From Euglena gracilis (lineage: Eukaryota), in contig CP154954.1 in the NCBI GenBank assembly GCA_039621445.1, positions 46,231,847 to 46,295,846 of the forward strand: 64,000 bases of DNA, in the 5' to 3' direction. Within the stretch, counting starts at the first letter, position 1, and every line of letters starts with the position of its first letter. The notes under the pieces were generated by a model. That model did no database searches, was not told the DNA's origin, and saw only the letters and a program-made list of their open reading frames with translations. This document shows, one piece after another, positions 51,201 through 63,200 of the stretch. The position numbers and the translations under genes are program-made.

Positions 51201-54200
51201 AAACAGGTGCGCGGTCAGGGTGGCCGAATTTTCGGCCCGGCGCGAAGCGCCGGGCCGAAAATTTTTGACCCCCCAAAACGACCAAAAGTGCCATTTTGGG
51301 CACTTTTTGGGCAAAAATGTGCCAAAAATGCAAAAAATTTTCGGCGCAAAGCGCCGGAGGAAAAAATTGACCCTTTTGGGGGGGGGTTAATTTTTGCCCC
51401 CGAGGGTCGGTCCGGACCCCCCTTGCAGGTGGGGGGGGGGGGGGGGGCCCGGACCCCCCCCTGCGGGCCAGGAGGGGAGGGGGGGTGGGGGGGGGACACC
51501 CCCCCCCACCTAAACCATGTACGCCCTCCTTATATCGAACCCTGCCTGGGGGGTATTATTTAGGAGGGGGGTTGCTCTTATTTGGCAAATTCGACCCAAA
51601 AATGGGTTGAACCTATGTGAACAACATCAAAATACATGGCAGGCGCAATTCTTTAGAAACAGGCAATTTGATATTCCCTTCCATTTCATTTGGAACGTGG
51701 CCATGTAAAATTTGCGCAAAAAATAGGTCCAACTCTCAAGAAACACATTTTTCCCATCACGGCGGTCAGTGAGGAAATCGGGGGGTGGGGGATATTATAT
51801 AGGCGGCTGAAGTCGGATCCAAGAGGGAAAATTATTTGGGATTGTTGGGGGAGGAGGAAAATAAACTGGAAGGGGTTTTATTTTTGGGGGGGTTAAATAG
51901 CAGCCCATTCGAGGGTCCCAGGAGGATCTGAAATGGGAGTCCCACTTGTGCAGACCCTTCGTGCGGGTGTATGGATTCGTCGCGTTTCACCACAAACATA
52001 GCACCACAATGGCGAAGGGGTGCCCCCTACTGTCCCTTCAACTGTTTCGAATTGCAAAGTCCCTTGTCTTCTGGATGATGGGCTGATCTTCTTCATCAAT
52101 TTTTTTCAGAAGGCCAGTAGGATTACGGTTGGGATTCACATTCTGGTTTTGGACATTTGAAGGCTAAATTTAGGCCCTTTCTACCCCAATTATTTTTCTA
52201 ATATTAAGCCTAATTTTGGTACAAAACACCAAACACTTCCTCCTTTAACCGTAAACCTGGTCAGAAACCAAAATGAATTCCAGCTGAAGCTCGAACAACA
52301 TCAAACACACTCAGCACACACTGCATGCCCGAGAAATCCTGGGAAGGGGGGTCCACCCCCCCCCGGCCATCCACCGGGGCACGGGGCGGCACCGCCGGGA
52401 TGTCCATGCCCTCCAGCCTCTCGAAGATGTCCGCGTTGAAGAAGCTCGGCCCCTCGAACAGCTCCGTGTCCGACAGCTCGAAGTCCCGCAGCAGCTCCGC
52501 CGGGATGGGCAGCCGGGGCGGCGGCAGGTGCTCCGGGGCGACCGGCGAGGGCGGCGCGGCATCTCAAAAAGGCTGCGGTGGGCAGCGTTTGGGGTCCCGG
52601 GGGATGGGGCGGCGGGGGGGGGGGGGGGCAGGGAGTGGGGCATACTGGAGAGGCAGGAACGCCTGCAGGTGACAGGGGGATGGGAACGGGAACTGCAAGG
52701 AAGAATGGGGGTCGGGAGGAGATGGGTGCTACATCCCCCCCTTTGTCCTTGAAAAGCCAAAATACGGGGAAAGTGCGGTTGACACGGGGGTTGATGGACC
52801 GGGGGGGGGGGGGGGGGGCCCTCGCAGACGTTTTACTGATTTATTGACCCAAATGGGCGGGGAGCGGTTGTGTTTCTTTTGGTCATGGCGTTTGGACGTT
52901 CTGCACAATTTTGGGAACGTCTGCTTTTCCAAATGTCACCATAAAAGTTTTGTTCCACAGCTTTCGACGCCTGGCATCTTCCTGCTCTTTCCTTGTGTGG
53001 GCAAAGATTTGGGTGCCCGCGCATTCGGGGGGACGATGCCACTCCGATGGGGACAAAAACCCAGTTGAGCGGCAGCAGCGATGACTGCTTGTCCTTGATG
53101 ATGATCAGGTCGGGCATGGAGAAGAGCAGGCCCCAGAAGGACTACTCCCTGAGGTGGGTCCTCTGACCCCGGTGTCGGGTGGCCTTTGCACTGCAAAATT
53201 GGGGTTAGATGCCCCCACAGCTTCAATGTCTGCCTCCCTCTGCTAAGCCCCTTTCGTGGACTAAAAAAGGATGAAACTCGTGCCATGAGAACGCTCCTCT
53301 TTCTTCTTGGGTGTCCAAACTCGCATTTAAGCTTTTTTCCTTTGTCGGTGTGCACAAATGCACACATCGACAATTTTTACGAAAGTGACAACAGCTGGCT
53401 CTCGAAACCCAAACTATGTGATCATGATGTGCTGTAGTGCCCCAGGACGCAGAGATGGAAACAGGGACTTTGACAGTTGGGGCCCACCGTTGGGGCCTAA
53501 GAGCAGGTGTCACCACAGCATACGGGGTACATAACACACAGGACGTCAGTCTGGAACCTTCGAACACAACTGCCTCATCAAAGTGGGATGTTAATACCCC
53601 CTCCCTAATAGAAGCGCGGGCGCGCTTCTATTTGGACCCTGCCTGTGCGATTTTTTTGCTGATCTCCTTTAATGCTGATCTCCATCAAAATGGGGGTGCG
53701 CTTGTAGTGGACCGCCGCCTTCAACAGCAGAGGGTGCGCTGTTATTTAGACCCTGCGCTTGCAGCGGCCCCACGCTTCTATTCGGGGGGGGGGGGCGGAT
53801 TTAGTGGAACGATTTAGGACAGATGAGATTAAGTCTGAAACGATGCTCTGAACTTTCAACTTTGCAAAAATTTGGTTTGAAAAACCTCAAGTTCGAGATA
53901 TTTTTGTAGAATTTAATGACAGCTAAAAGATCAGCCTTCTAGGGCCTGAAACTGGGCATTGGCAGTTGGGTTGGTGCGCGCAATTGTGCAAATGAACCAT
54001 TCTAATGGCTGATGTGCGCATTGACACCCACCCACCGAAACTTTGTTTCATTATTCTGAAGCCTCAATAACGGGGGATTCTGAGACAAGAGAAGGGTGGA
54101 AACAGGAGGAGAGCAACATATGGAGCGTTGTGTTCAAATTGGAGGTGTTGTGAGGAGTGTTTGAGAGGGTCAAATGAAGTGTGTCAGGGAACGACATTAT

Positions 54201-57200
54201 ATGGCCCCCCTAAACACCAAGGTTTTGATCGCGCCTCATTTTTTGGACAAAAATACTGGGGGTGGACCTTTAAACTAAATTTTAATGAAAAAACCTGGAA
54301 AGCCCTTTTGATGTTTCAAAAGCTAAAAATGATTTTTCAAACCACAGCACCACAGGAATGCAAGGGAGGACACCATAATTTCATTGCATTCATTTTCCAG
54401 CATCAAGCACGGTGAAATGGGTGGCTCTTGGTTGACTTTGAAATGGTAGGTGTGCGCAAATGCGCACATCGACCATCAGCGCATTTGTGCACACTGATAT
54501 CATCCTTGTTGTTGTATGGGTGCCACAGGTATTAAACACCAGTGGGGTAGAATGGAGACTCAACTGGTTCCGTGTGGTTATCCTCCTGTGTTCTGTGTCC
54601 CCCTCATCAACCACCACTGACAGAGTTCTCTCACAGCCCATTTCCACCCGTTTTCTTTTTTGCATGAGAAATTCCATTCCTTTTGTAGCCAACTTCAAAA
54701 ACCTCCACAACGTGCGGCAGGGCTTCAGAAAGCAAGCAAAGGGTGGACCTGTCACCCCACCTCCAGAACACCACTGGGAGCGCTGTCAGTTGTCACGCAG
54801 GAAATGCAAATACCAGGTTTTTCGTGTATTTTTGGTCAATTTCTGACTTCGGGAAAGTCAGTCCCAGGATTTCACAGTTGGGCAACGTGCTTACGCTTTT
54901 TGTTGTCGGTGTGTGTATGTTTGCACACGATACATTTTTTTAAAAAAAAATTGGAAGGTTGGGGTTCAGGTTTGTGAACTGTTTGTGTCCCCCCCCTTCC
55001 CCGTGCCCCTTCCCCCCCCCGGACCCTCCCTCCCCCCACTCCCTTCCCCTGTGCCCCCTCCCCCAATAACTTTGGTGTGGACAAAGTTGGCGGACATGGC
55101 ATAAATTGCAAACGGGTAAACGGTGTTGGCAAAATCAGGAGGGCATGGTGTTTTTGTGGTTAGCGTGGGGTGTGGGGGGGAGTGGAGGTTTCGCAGCCCG
55201 GCGAATCAAAATTTGTTTCGGCGGTGGCGAAATAAGGGTTTCCACACGCACCCCCCCTTCCCACCACCCCAGATTCCCGCCCCACATTCCACCCCACCGC
55301 ACGGAAAAATCAAACCGGCATGGATCTACAAAAAGGGTGTACCCCCCATCGTACCACCACCCGCACCACTGACAGGCCGCCAAAAACTAGCAAAAGATTC
55401 CTAATCAGATGACCCAATCGCGAGCACAACCACATGCCAGGAATTTCACATGGGCAGTCTCTTCACAAACCCGGTGTGGTCAATTGCACACCGTTTCACA
55501 TGAAAAGAAATTGTTGGGTTCAATGTATGAACCTGTTTGTGTCCCCCACCACCCTTCTACCCACACCCTCCCCCACCCACCCCTAAGGCACCCGCCCCCC
55601 CCACACTCCCACACGCAAACCCCACCCCCCAAACCTACCACTACCCCGCCAATTCCACCCCGTCCCAAAAACCGTCAACGTCCATCTTAGTTTTGTGTTG
55701 ATTTCGAGTGGAAGTTTTTGTTGGAATCATTTCTGTTTTCCGCCCACCTAGTTTTTTATTTCCTTTATTCTCTTTTTTTTCTCTGTTTTTTTTGTACCCA
55801 ATATTAACCCCCCCCCCCCGGGCTTTATATTCTTCGGATAACCCAAACTACTTTGTCCCAATTAGGAGCTTGGATTTTTCGTACAATGCATTTTTGATAC
55901 ATACGTTAACCAAATTTCATCAATTCTTGTGCTTTTTCTTGTAGTATGTCTGGTGATTTTTACACCTGGTGTCAATTGGATTCATGGGTGCGGGCGTGGT
56001 GGGGGGCTTATGATTTATGCAGCCGATTGGGGGGAGGTATTATCACTACCCCCTTGTCTAAGCACCACCCCCCGGTCCATTCCCGTCTTTTTAAACAGTC
56101 ATCTTCTCGGGAGGCTTATTTGTGTGAGCTTCTAAGAGAAGTTTATCGAAAATTTGGACATTCTGGGGCCTGGTTTTGTTGGTTTTTTCTGATATTGTTG
56201 ATTTTTTCATCCAAGTGCCTGAAAGTTCAACAGTGGAACCCCAAAATAAGTGAATGTGGGTGGACACATTCCAAGCCTGAATCACCTCAGCGCAGAATAG
56301 GAAATTCCCCTAATGTTGGGGGTCCGCTGTATTTCCTTGCAGGCATTGCGATGATGAAATCAGCAATGTATCACACAATCCTGAAAAGTGTGAGGAATGT
56401 CGAAATTTTCGAGAAACATTTCATGTTTCTACAAAAAAAAGGCTCCCGAGAAGGCGACCTTTGAAAAGATGGTGCTCTTGAACAAGGGTTGAAGGGAACA
56501 AGGTTCTCTTGAACAAGACTTAGACAACGGAGGGAGGATGTATGAGACCATGTTGTTCACACCGGTCAGCATGGGATCCCCTCAGGTTGGAATCCCAGCC
56601 GCTCCACCCGGTTCTTCTGCTTGCCGCCGCTGAAGCCCTGGAGGCCCTTCAGCGTGCCCCCCAGCACCCCCTCGGGCCGCGCCTTCATCTGCTCCCGGGT
56701 GTACTGCCGGGCTCAGGGCAGAGACCAGCCTGTGGCTGAGGCGATGAGTTACCCCGGACTTGGCAACACACCAGCCTTCTCCTGCCACATGGGGATCCTC
56801 ACCCCCCCCCCCGATGTGGTCCGAGACCCTGGGCGGAAGTCGTTGTAGTCCTTCCACATGAGGGCGTCCCAGCGGCTGCGGTCCACGTCCGGCGAGTAGA
56901 ACGACTTGCGGTAGTGTAGCTCCGCCAGCTTCGGGGAGGTGCTCTCGGGGCAAGTGGGGCCGTCGCTGTTACACATGGACAAGCACGACAGCCCGTGCTG
57001 ACGCACGGGCGGTATTTCACCGACACAGGGGGGATGCACGGGACCGAGCCCGATCCAACGGACCCGGTGCGAGGGCGCCACTCTCACACGTCCGCGTCAA
57101 ATCCCGGCCTACGGTGCGAATCGCGGTCGCATTCGCCCAGAACGCGGATGCGTAGGCCGTTACATCGCTTCGGTTAGTAGGTGGGTAGATAGATGACAAC

Positions 57201-60200
57201 CCCCCCCCCCGGGTACAAAGGTCGGAGACAGGTCTCCTACCTGTGCACTCGCTGACTTGACAGGTGGTACAGGAGACTTTGACAATTTCCTGGGCCGGGT
57301 GGTACCCTGCCAGGTTCTTGGGCATGACAGTTACCCAGGGGGGCGTCCATCATTGGGGATTCCCGAATGATGCCGAGCTCCTGCTCACTCTTAACCTTAA
57401 ACTTAAAGCAAGCGGAGTTCCAAATAATGCGAGCGTGGGCGTATCCATCAAAGAAAAATCGCGCAGTCTAAAAGTTGGCAGTTGCGGCCAAAAATGGGAA
57501 AAAGAACCCAATTGCATATGAGGGTACTTGGTAGACACCCAGAGCCACAGTGACTGATCACAAGCTGGCGAAGGAGCGACTTGTTGGCATCTCGAAGCGT
57601 AGGGGGGTCTTCATACCATGGGATCCCTGCCAGACTGGCAGGCACCGTATGGCAGAGTGGAAAGACAGATCAGACCAAGAACATCACCTTGTGGCCTTCA
57701 TCAACGAAATTTGCAGAGCTCACACGATCTGGATCGGGGCTTGGGGATGGGTTTGTTGGAATTCACAGGCCAAAAAAGATGAAAGGGTCTACACAACCGA
57801 ACAACATATGAACAGCGAGTAGGGGCAATGACAATAACTGGTGGAACAAAAAGGCATGATCTCATTCGAATTTAGAACCAGGAGAAGACACCAATAAACC
57901 CACGTGCGGGGGTGGGATCTCAAGTGGATCCAAATAACCCCCAGAATGCCGAATTTGCAGACCTGTTTGCAAATACCATCCCCCCCCATTATGTACCCCC
58001 TGGGGGAGGTATACAATGGGGGGGGGCAGTCCCAAGAGGAATGCACCAAGCCCGGCCATCCGCAGGCATGTCCGCCCCATTGTGAACCTCCCCCCCCCCA
58101 TTGTGTACCTCCCCCATTATGTACCTCCCCCCCCCCGTTTTGGCCTCCCGGGGGGGGTACATAATGGGGGGCGGGGGGATGGTATTGACTAATTGGTGCA
58201 CATCCAACGTGAAGCTTCTCAGATGGCATCGGCACAGTGTACTTTACAGACACCAAGACATGGGGAATATTCTGGACAGGAGGGATCACCTGAGGAAAAA
58301 ATATGTTGGGGGAAACGTTGGACGAATCCTCAAATTGCTAAAGTGCTGGGAAATCCTGGATTTCATCATGCAAAAAGACGCAAAATCTGCAGAAAAAAAT
58401 GCAAATATAAAAGTTTTGAATTGTGCAAGGAATGAAAATTTTCAACTTGTATGTCCCCCTCTTGGGGAGCGGTTGAATTGAAAGAAACTCCATTGATTGG
58501 CCCAAAATGCCAATTCATTTTTGAGCGCTCACAGGATAAAATCAAATTGTTTGCACGTTTTTTAAAAAAACGCTTGAGTGATCACTAAACAGCTGTACAA
58601 CTGAACAACGAAAGAAAAACCGGAGGAACTTTTGTTCTTTGCGATGCTTTTCTGCAGTTGACTGCTCTAGTTCTCATTCCTCCCTGGAACTCGAAGGAGC
58701 AGAAAAGCTCGAAACGCCTGAACCAATGACTCCTCGGCCTCCGGAACCCCTCAGAGGCGCTGGGCGGGGCCTGGGCACGGCCTGCAGTGTCCCCAGGCGG
58801 GTCGCCAAGCTGGGGCCCCACTCCGGCTGCCACTGTCCAGGGTTCTTGGCGGCACGCCCTCCCCCGCCGGCCAGCCCAACGCCCGCCGCGTGTGGCGGCC
58901 GCTGTCATGCAAAACATAACGCCGCGTGTGGCGGCCGCTGTCATGCAAAACATAACGAGGCCCCGCATTACTGACCAATCCGCAATCGCCCCACACGGCA
59001 ATGCTGCGGTTTGATCTCAGGGCAGATTGGGATGGTTGCCCCCCCCCAACCCGTACAGCGCCATGCGCGACACCACTTACCAGAGAATCACCAGACAGAG
59101 ATGGGGAGGGAGAGAGATGTTCTCAGGGGCCTCGGGAAATCCCTGCTTGGGTTGGGGGAAGGGAGGGCCCTCTGGTTGGGGGGCCTCCCACCTATTCCTC
59201 CCAATAACTTGGTGGGGTGCCAAATTATAGGCACCATCGTTTGAATGCCTGGTGAAAAAAAAAATTGTCCAACCACAACTGCCACAATGAAAAATGCACT
59301 GGAAAAATGGCCACAAAAATCGGCATATCTTTGGCAAAAACGGGTTGGCATCAGGAAAAAAGTGATTTCTGGCATCCCTGGACCATCGCCTGATTCTGAC
59401 CTGATTCTGATTCTGACTGATAGCAACAAATAACTAAATAAAACAATAATTGCATTTCATATGGCCCATGGTTTTCTTACAGTGTTCTCCCACACTGCCA
59501 TTTTCCCCGATTGGCAATACAATCTGGCATTCAATCAAGTGGATTTGACTTCTTGAGGTTTGTTCTAGAAACCGCACCAAGTAGCTTTGCACTGCCCAAG
59601 CTTTGAGTGCCCAAATAATTATTGCAGGGGGGAAGGCCGAAAAAGATCCATCCAAATAAATTTCCCACCACCCCTGAACAAGGAGCAACGTGCCTGAAAA
59701 TATGATTGGCAAAAGCAGACAGGTTGAGGACTTCCGTTGAAAGAAGTTTCGAGGGAAGAACTTGTCTTTTGTCCAATCTACAAGAATCCCGAGGGGACTG
59801 GGGGGGGCTCCTTTGCGCATTTCCAGTGAAGTGGCCAGTGCGGGTTTGAGGGAGGGGAGGGTCTGGTGTCGGGCAGGGGTCCGGCCTGGCCGTAGCCCTC
59901 CGCCGTCTCCGCCGCCTCCCGCCACGGCGGAGCCGGGTCGCTGTCGGCCCACGGCTGCCCCGGCCCCTCCTCCGGCGCCGCGGCGGCCCCGTCCCTGTCG
60001 CCGCCCTCCAGCCGCCCCGTGCGGTCGCCGTCCATGGGGGTGGCCGCGGTGTCCGCCGACGTGGTGCCGCAAGGCCTGAAGGGGGCACGGTGCGCCGTTC
60101 CCCTCAATTTCCCCCCCAGACTGCTTTTCCATCATTGTCCGTCCTCATTCCTGTTTCCCGTCGTTTTTGTCCGGACTGCTTTTTTTGACGGGTTTTGACT

Positions 60201-63200
60201 GTTTCCAGGCCTCCTTCGTTGCACTGCGGCTTCTTGTCGGTTTATGGCCAGCGCTAACTTCGCTTCTGGCCCGGTTTGCTGTGTGGTAAGTGGCCAGGGA
60301 CCCCTTACGCCAGTGCTCTTTTGTTGCTCCGCCAGGCCGGGTGAGTAACTCTGGTGTAATTCCAGCGCCGCAGGGACATACACTCACCTTGTGTGGTTGG
60401 TGTTTCCCGTGGGTGGGTCTACACCCTTGCCCCAGTGCTGCTCTTGCCTCCTGCCCTCTTCCCACATTTCTGTGTGAGGGATGCATGTCGAAGGCACAAC
60501 GCCATCACTTGAAAAATTCCAATGTGGCCTCACGGCACCGGTCTGTTTCCAGAACCCCCCCCAAAAGGCCCAAAATTTCAGATTCAGAGGTGCGAAATGC
60601 TGTGATAAAAGTCCAAGTTTTGGGTCATTTATGTCCATTTATATTTGACAAAGAAATCCATGTTTTTGAATGGGTGTAAGACAAGAGGCGTGTCCGTGAC
60701 AGGAGCGTTGGGCAGCATTTGTGAACTGGGCAATTTTGGGAAGTGCAATGTGGATACCTACCCCCAGGGTTCGATATAAGGAGAGGAGGGGGGGGGGGGT
60801 CCGGACCTCCCCTTGCGGGCCAGGAGGGGGGGGGTGGGGGGGACACCCCCCCACCTAAACAGTGGCGCGGTCAGGGTGACCGAAAATTTTGACCCCCCAA
60901 AACGACCAAAAGTGCCATTTTGGGCACTTTTGGGGCAAAAATTGGCCAAAAATGCAAAAAATTTTCGGCGCAAAGCGCCGGAGGAAAAAATTGACCCTTT
61001 TTGGGGGGGGGTCCCGGGTACCCCCCGAGGGTCGGTCCGGACCCCCTTTGCAGGTGGGGGGGCCAGGAGGGGGGGGGGATGGGGGGGGACACCCCCCCGG
61101 AAGTTGCCACCCTGTGAGGGTGTCACCTCCTGCCCAGGAAGTTGTTGCCTGGGCCTGTGGCCGCTGGTTTGCCAGCCCGATGGGGGGAGCAGGTGGGGGT
61201 GTTCAAAGTTGGGGAGGAGGTTAGGCGGCAGTTTTCAACAAGATGACAAACCAAGAGACGACCAATCAACCTCTGGCGAAGAAAAGGAGGGCGTTTTGGG
61301 ACCCCCCCCCCCCGCTGCAAAACTCCCAAACCTCCTTTTCGCATTTATTTCTCCCAAGCTTTATGAAAAAATGTCTTTTTTGCGGTGGTGAATATGCGAA
61401 GCTTTTATTCTGCACTTTTCGCATATTGAGTGCTTAATTTTTTCCCTTGACAATTACCTCCCCCCCCTTGTCGTTGACACAGCGTGTCGTTGACCCCCCC
61501 GTGTCAACGACACTTTTCTGGAACACTACCTATTGAATCACAGTGACATTGACATGGCGTGTGGTTGACACCCCCCCCCCCCGTGTCAACGGCACTCTCC
61601 TGGAACATTGGCGTGTCAACGACAAAGGGGGGGGGAGGTAGTGCTTCCTTTGCGTATGCTGCATTGATTTAGCGCTTATTTTGGCACTTTGGCAGCTTTT
61701 GCACCGCATTCACAATCATACGCAACCCAATTGATGCAACGTTTGCTCCGAAATTGGGGCATTTTCGAAAGTGGTTTTGCTTCATTGAGGTTTGGAAAGC
61801 AATTTTGGCAATTACGCCGATCACTCCCATCTTCCTTGCTTTCTGATTTTTTAGAGTATTTGCGTTGTCTTTACATGGTTTTTTTCCCTTCAGTTGAATA
61901 CCCATTTTTCTTTTTGGATACTGTGATACACACGCTTGTGTATTTATCACAAGTCTTTCCAGTTTTCACTGAACATGCTCAATTTCTCACCTTTTTCTGC
62001 ATTTTGTCGTTCATTCATTCAGGGCCTTGCAAACAGAGTTTCAGGTGAATGTCCTCTTTCAATCGGTGACTGACGTGGTCCAGGCGGGTCCCACCTGACG
62101 GCTGCCCAAAGAATACTGTACGCGGGTTGCCAATTGCAATTACTTCTTCGTTCATCTCAGGCAGGTATCCACCTGCACAAAATAATTCATTTGTCACTGC
62201 CAGCGGTCTCACCCTCTTTAAAGTTTTAGGGGGATACCGCCCCCCCCCCCCATCCTCCCTGGGAGACTGTCACCTAAAATCCGTACTTGCTGACCTGTCA
62301 CTCTTGGGACCTGTCACCTACCTCTGTGCTCGCTGACCTGTCACCCAAAGTTTTGACGTTTTCTTGCAGAAAATGGATTTTTTTGAAGGTGAAAATTAGT
62401 GGACCTCATTTTTAGAATTTTGCCCACAGAATTCAAAAACCTCGTTTTCTTTGGATTTTTTTTTGGTCACTGGGGGGGGGGGGGTCGAAAGATTCACCCT
62501 TTTTCCTCTAACCCGGACCCTTGGGGACATGTCACCTACTTCTGTGCTTGCTGACTTGACAGGTGACAGTTTCCCCGGTTTGATGAAGATAGATGGACAG
62601 AATTCTGCTGGCTGAACACAACACAACTGCATAACATTTGCAATGGCCCATAACACAAAACCCACATACCCTCCAACCAAAGAAAAGACAGCAACTCAAA
62701 ATTGAAAGACTGTTGTGTTGAACAAAAAAATATACAGTGCACACTGCCAAAAAGCAGCGCAATCATTGAAAAGGGTCAGGCGACGGCGATCAACGGTGCA
62801 GCAGACAACTGGGCAGTGACTGCAGCGGCCCAGCACACATATCAGTGCGGGTCGGCCGACGGTCTTGCGGTGGAGGCGTCTGTCGAGGTCTGAGCGTACG
62901 CCAGGGCAGAGGTGGCGAGTGCCTGCAGCCACGCAACGCGCCGCTTGGGGTCCAGGAGGTAGAACTCGGCCTGCTGCACGACCAGGGTGCCGTGGCTCTC
63001 ATGGCGGCGGACCATTGCCCAAGGCATGAAGACCCACCTGGGGGGCAGGGTCGGAATAGCGGGTTTCCTCAAATGTGGCAGAAAGCTAAAAAACTGGCCA
63101 TGGGGTTCAAAGCATCCAAAGATCAAAGCTCCCCAACTCTGAAAGGGGAAGGCCTGAAGTGAATTCCGAATTGAATAGTCCGGGGTCTGTGAGAAAACTG

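Noticed and set aside
50424-52389. Exact junctions of the IPPVP introns (also ~20374-20659) and the 7172-9520 intron
   Set aside because: Several registers are possible and none fits cleanly in both units; left approximate, and micro-exons may be missed.
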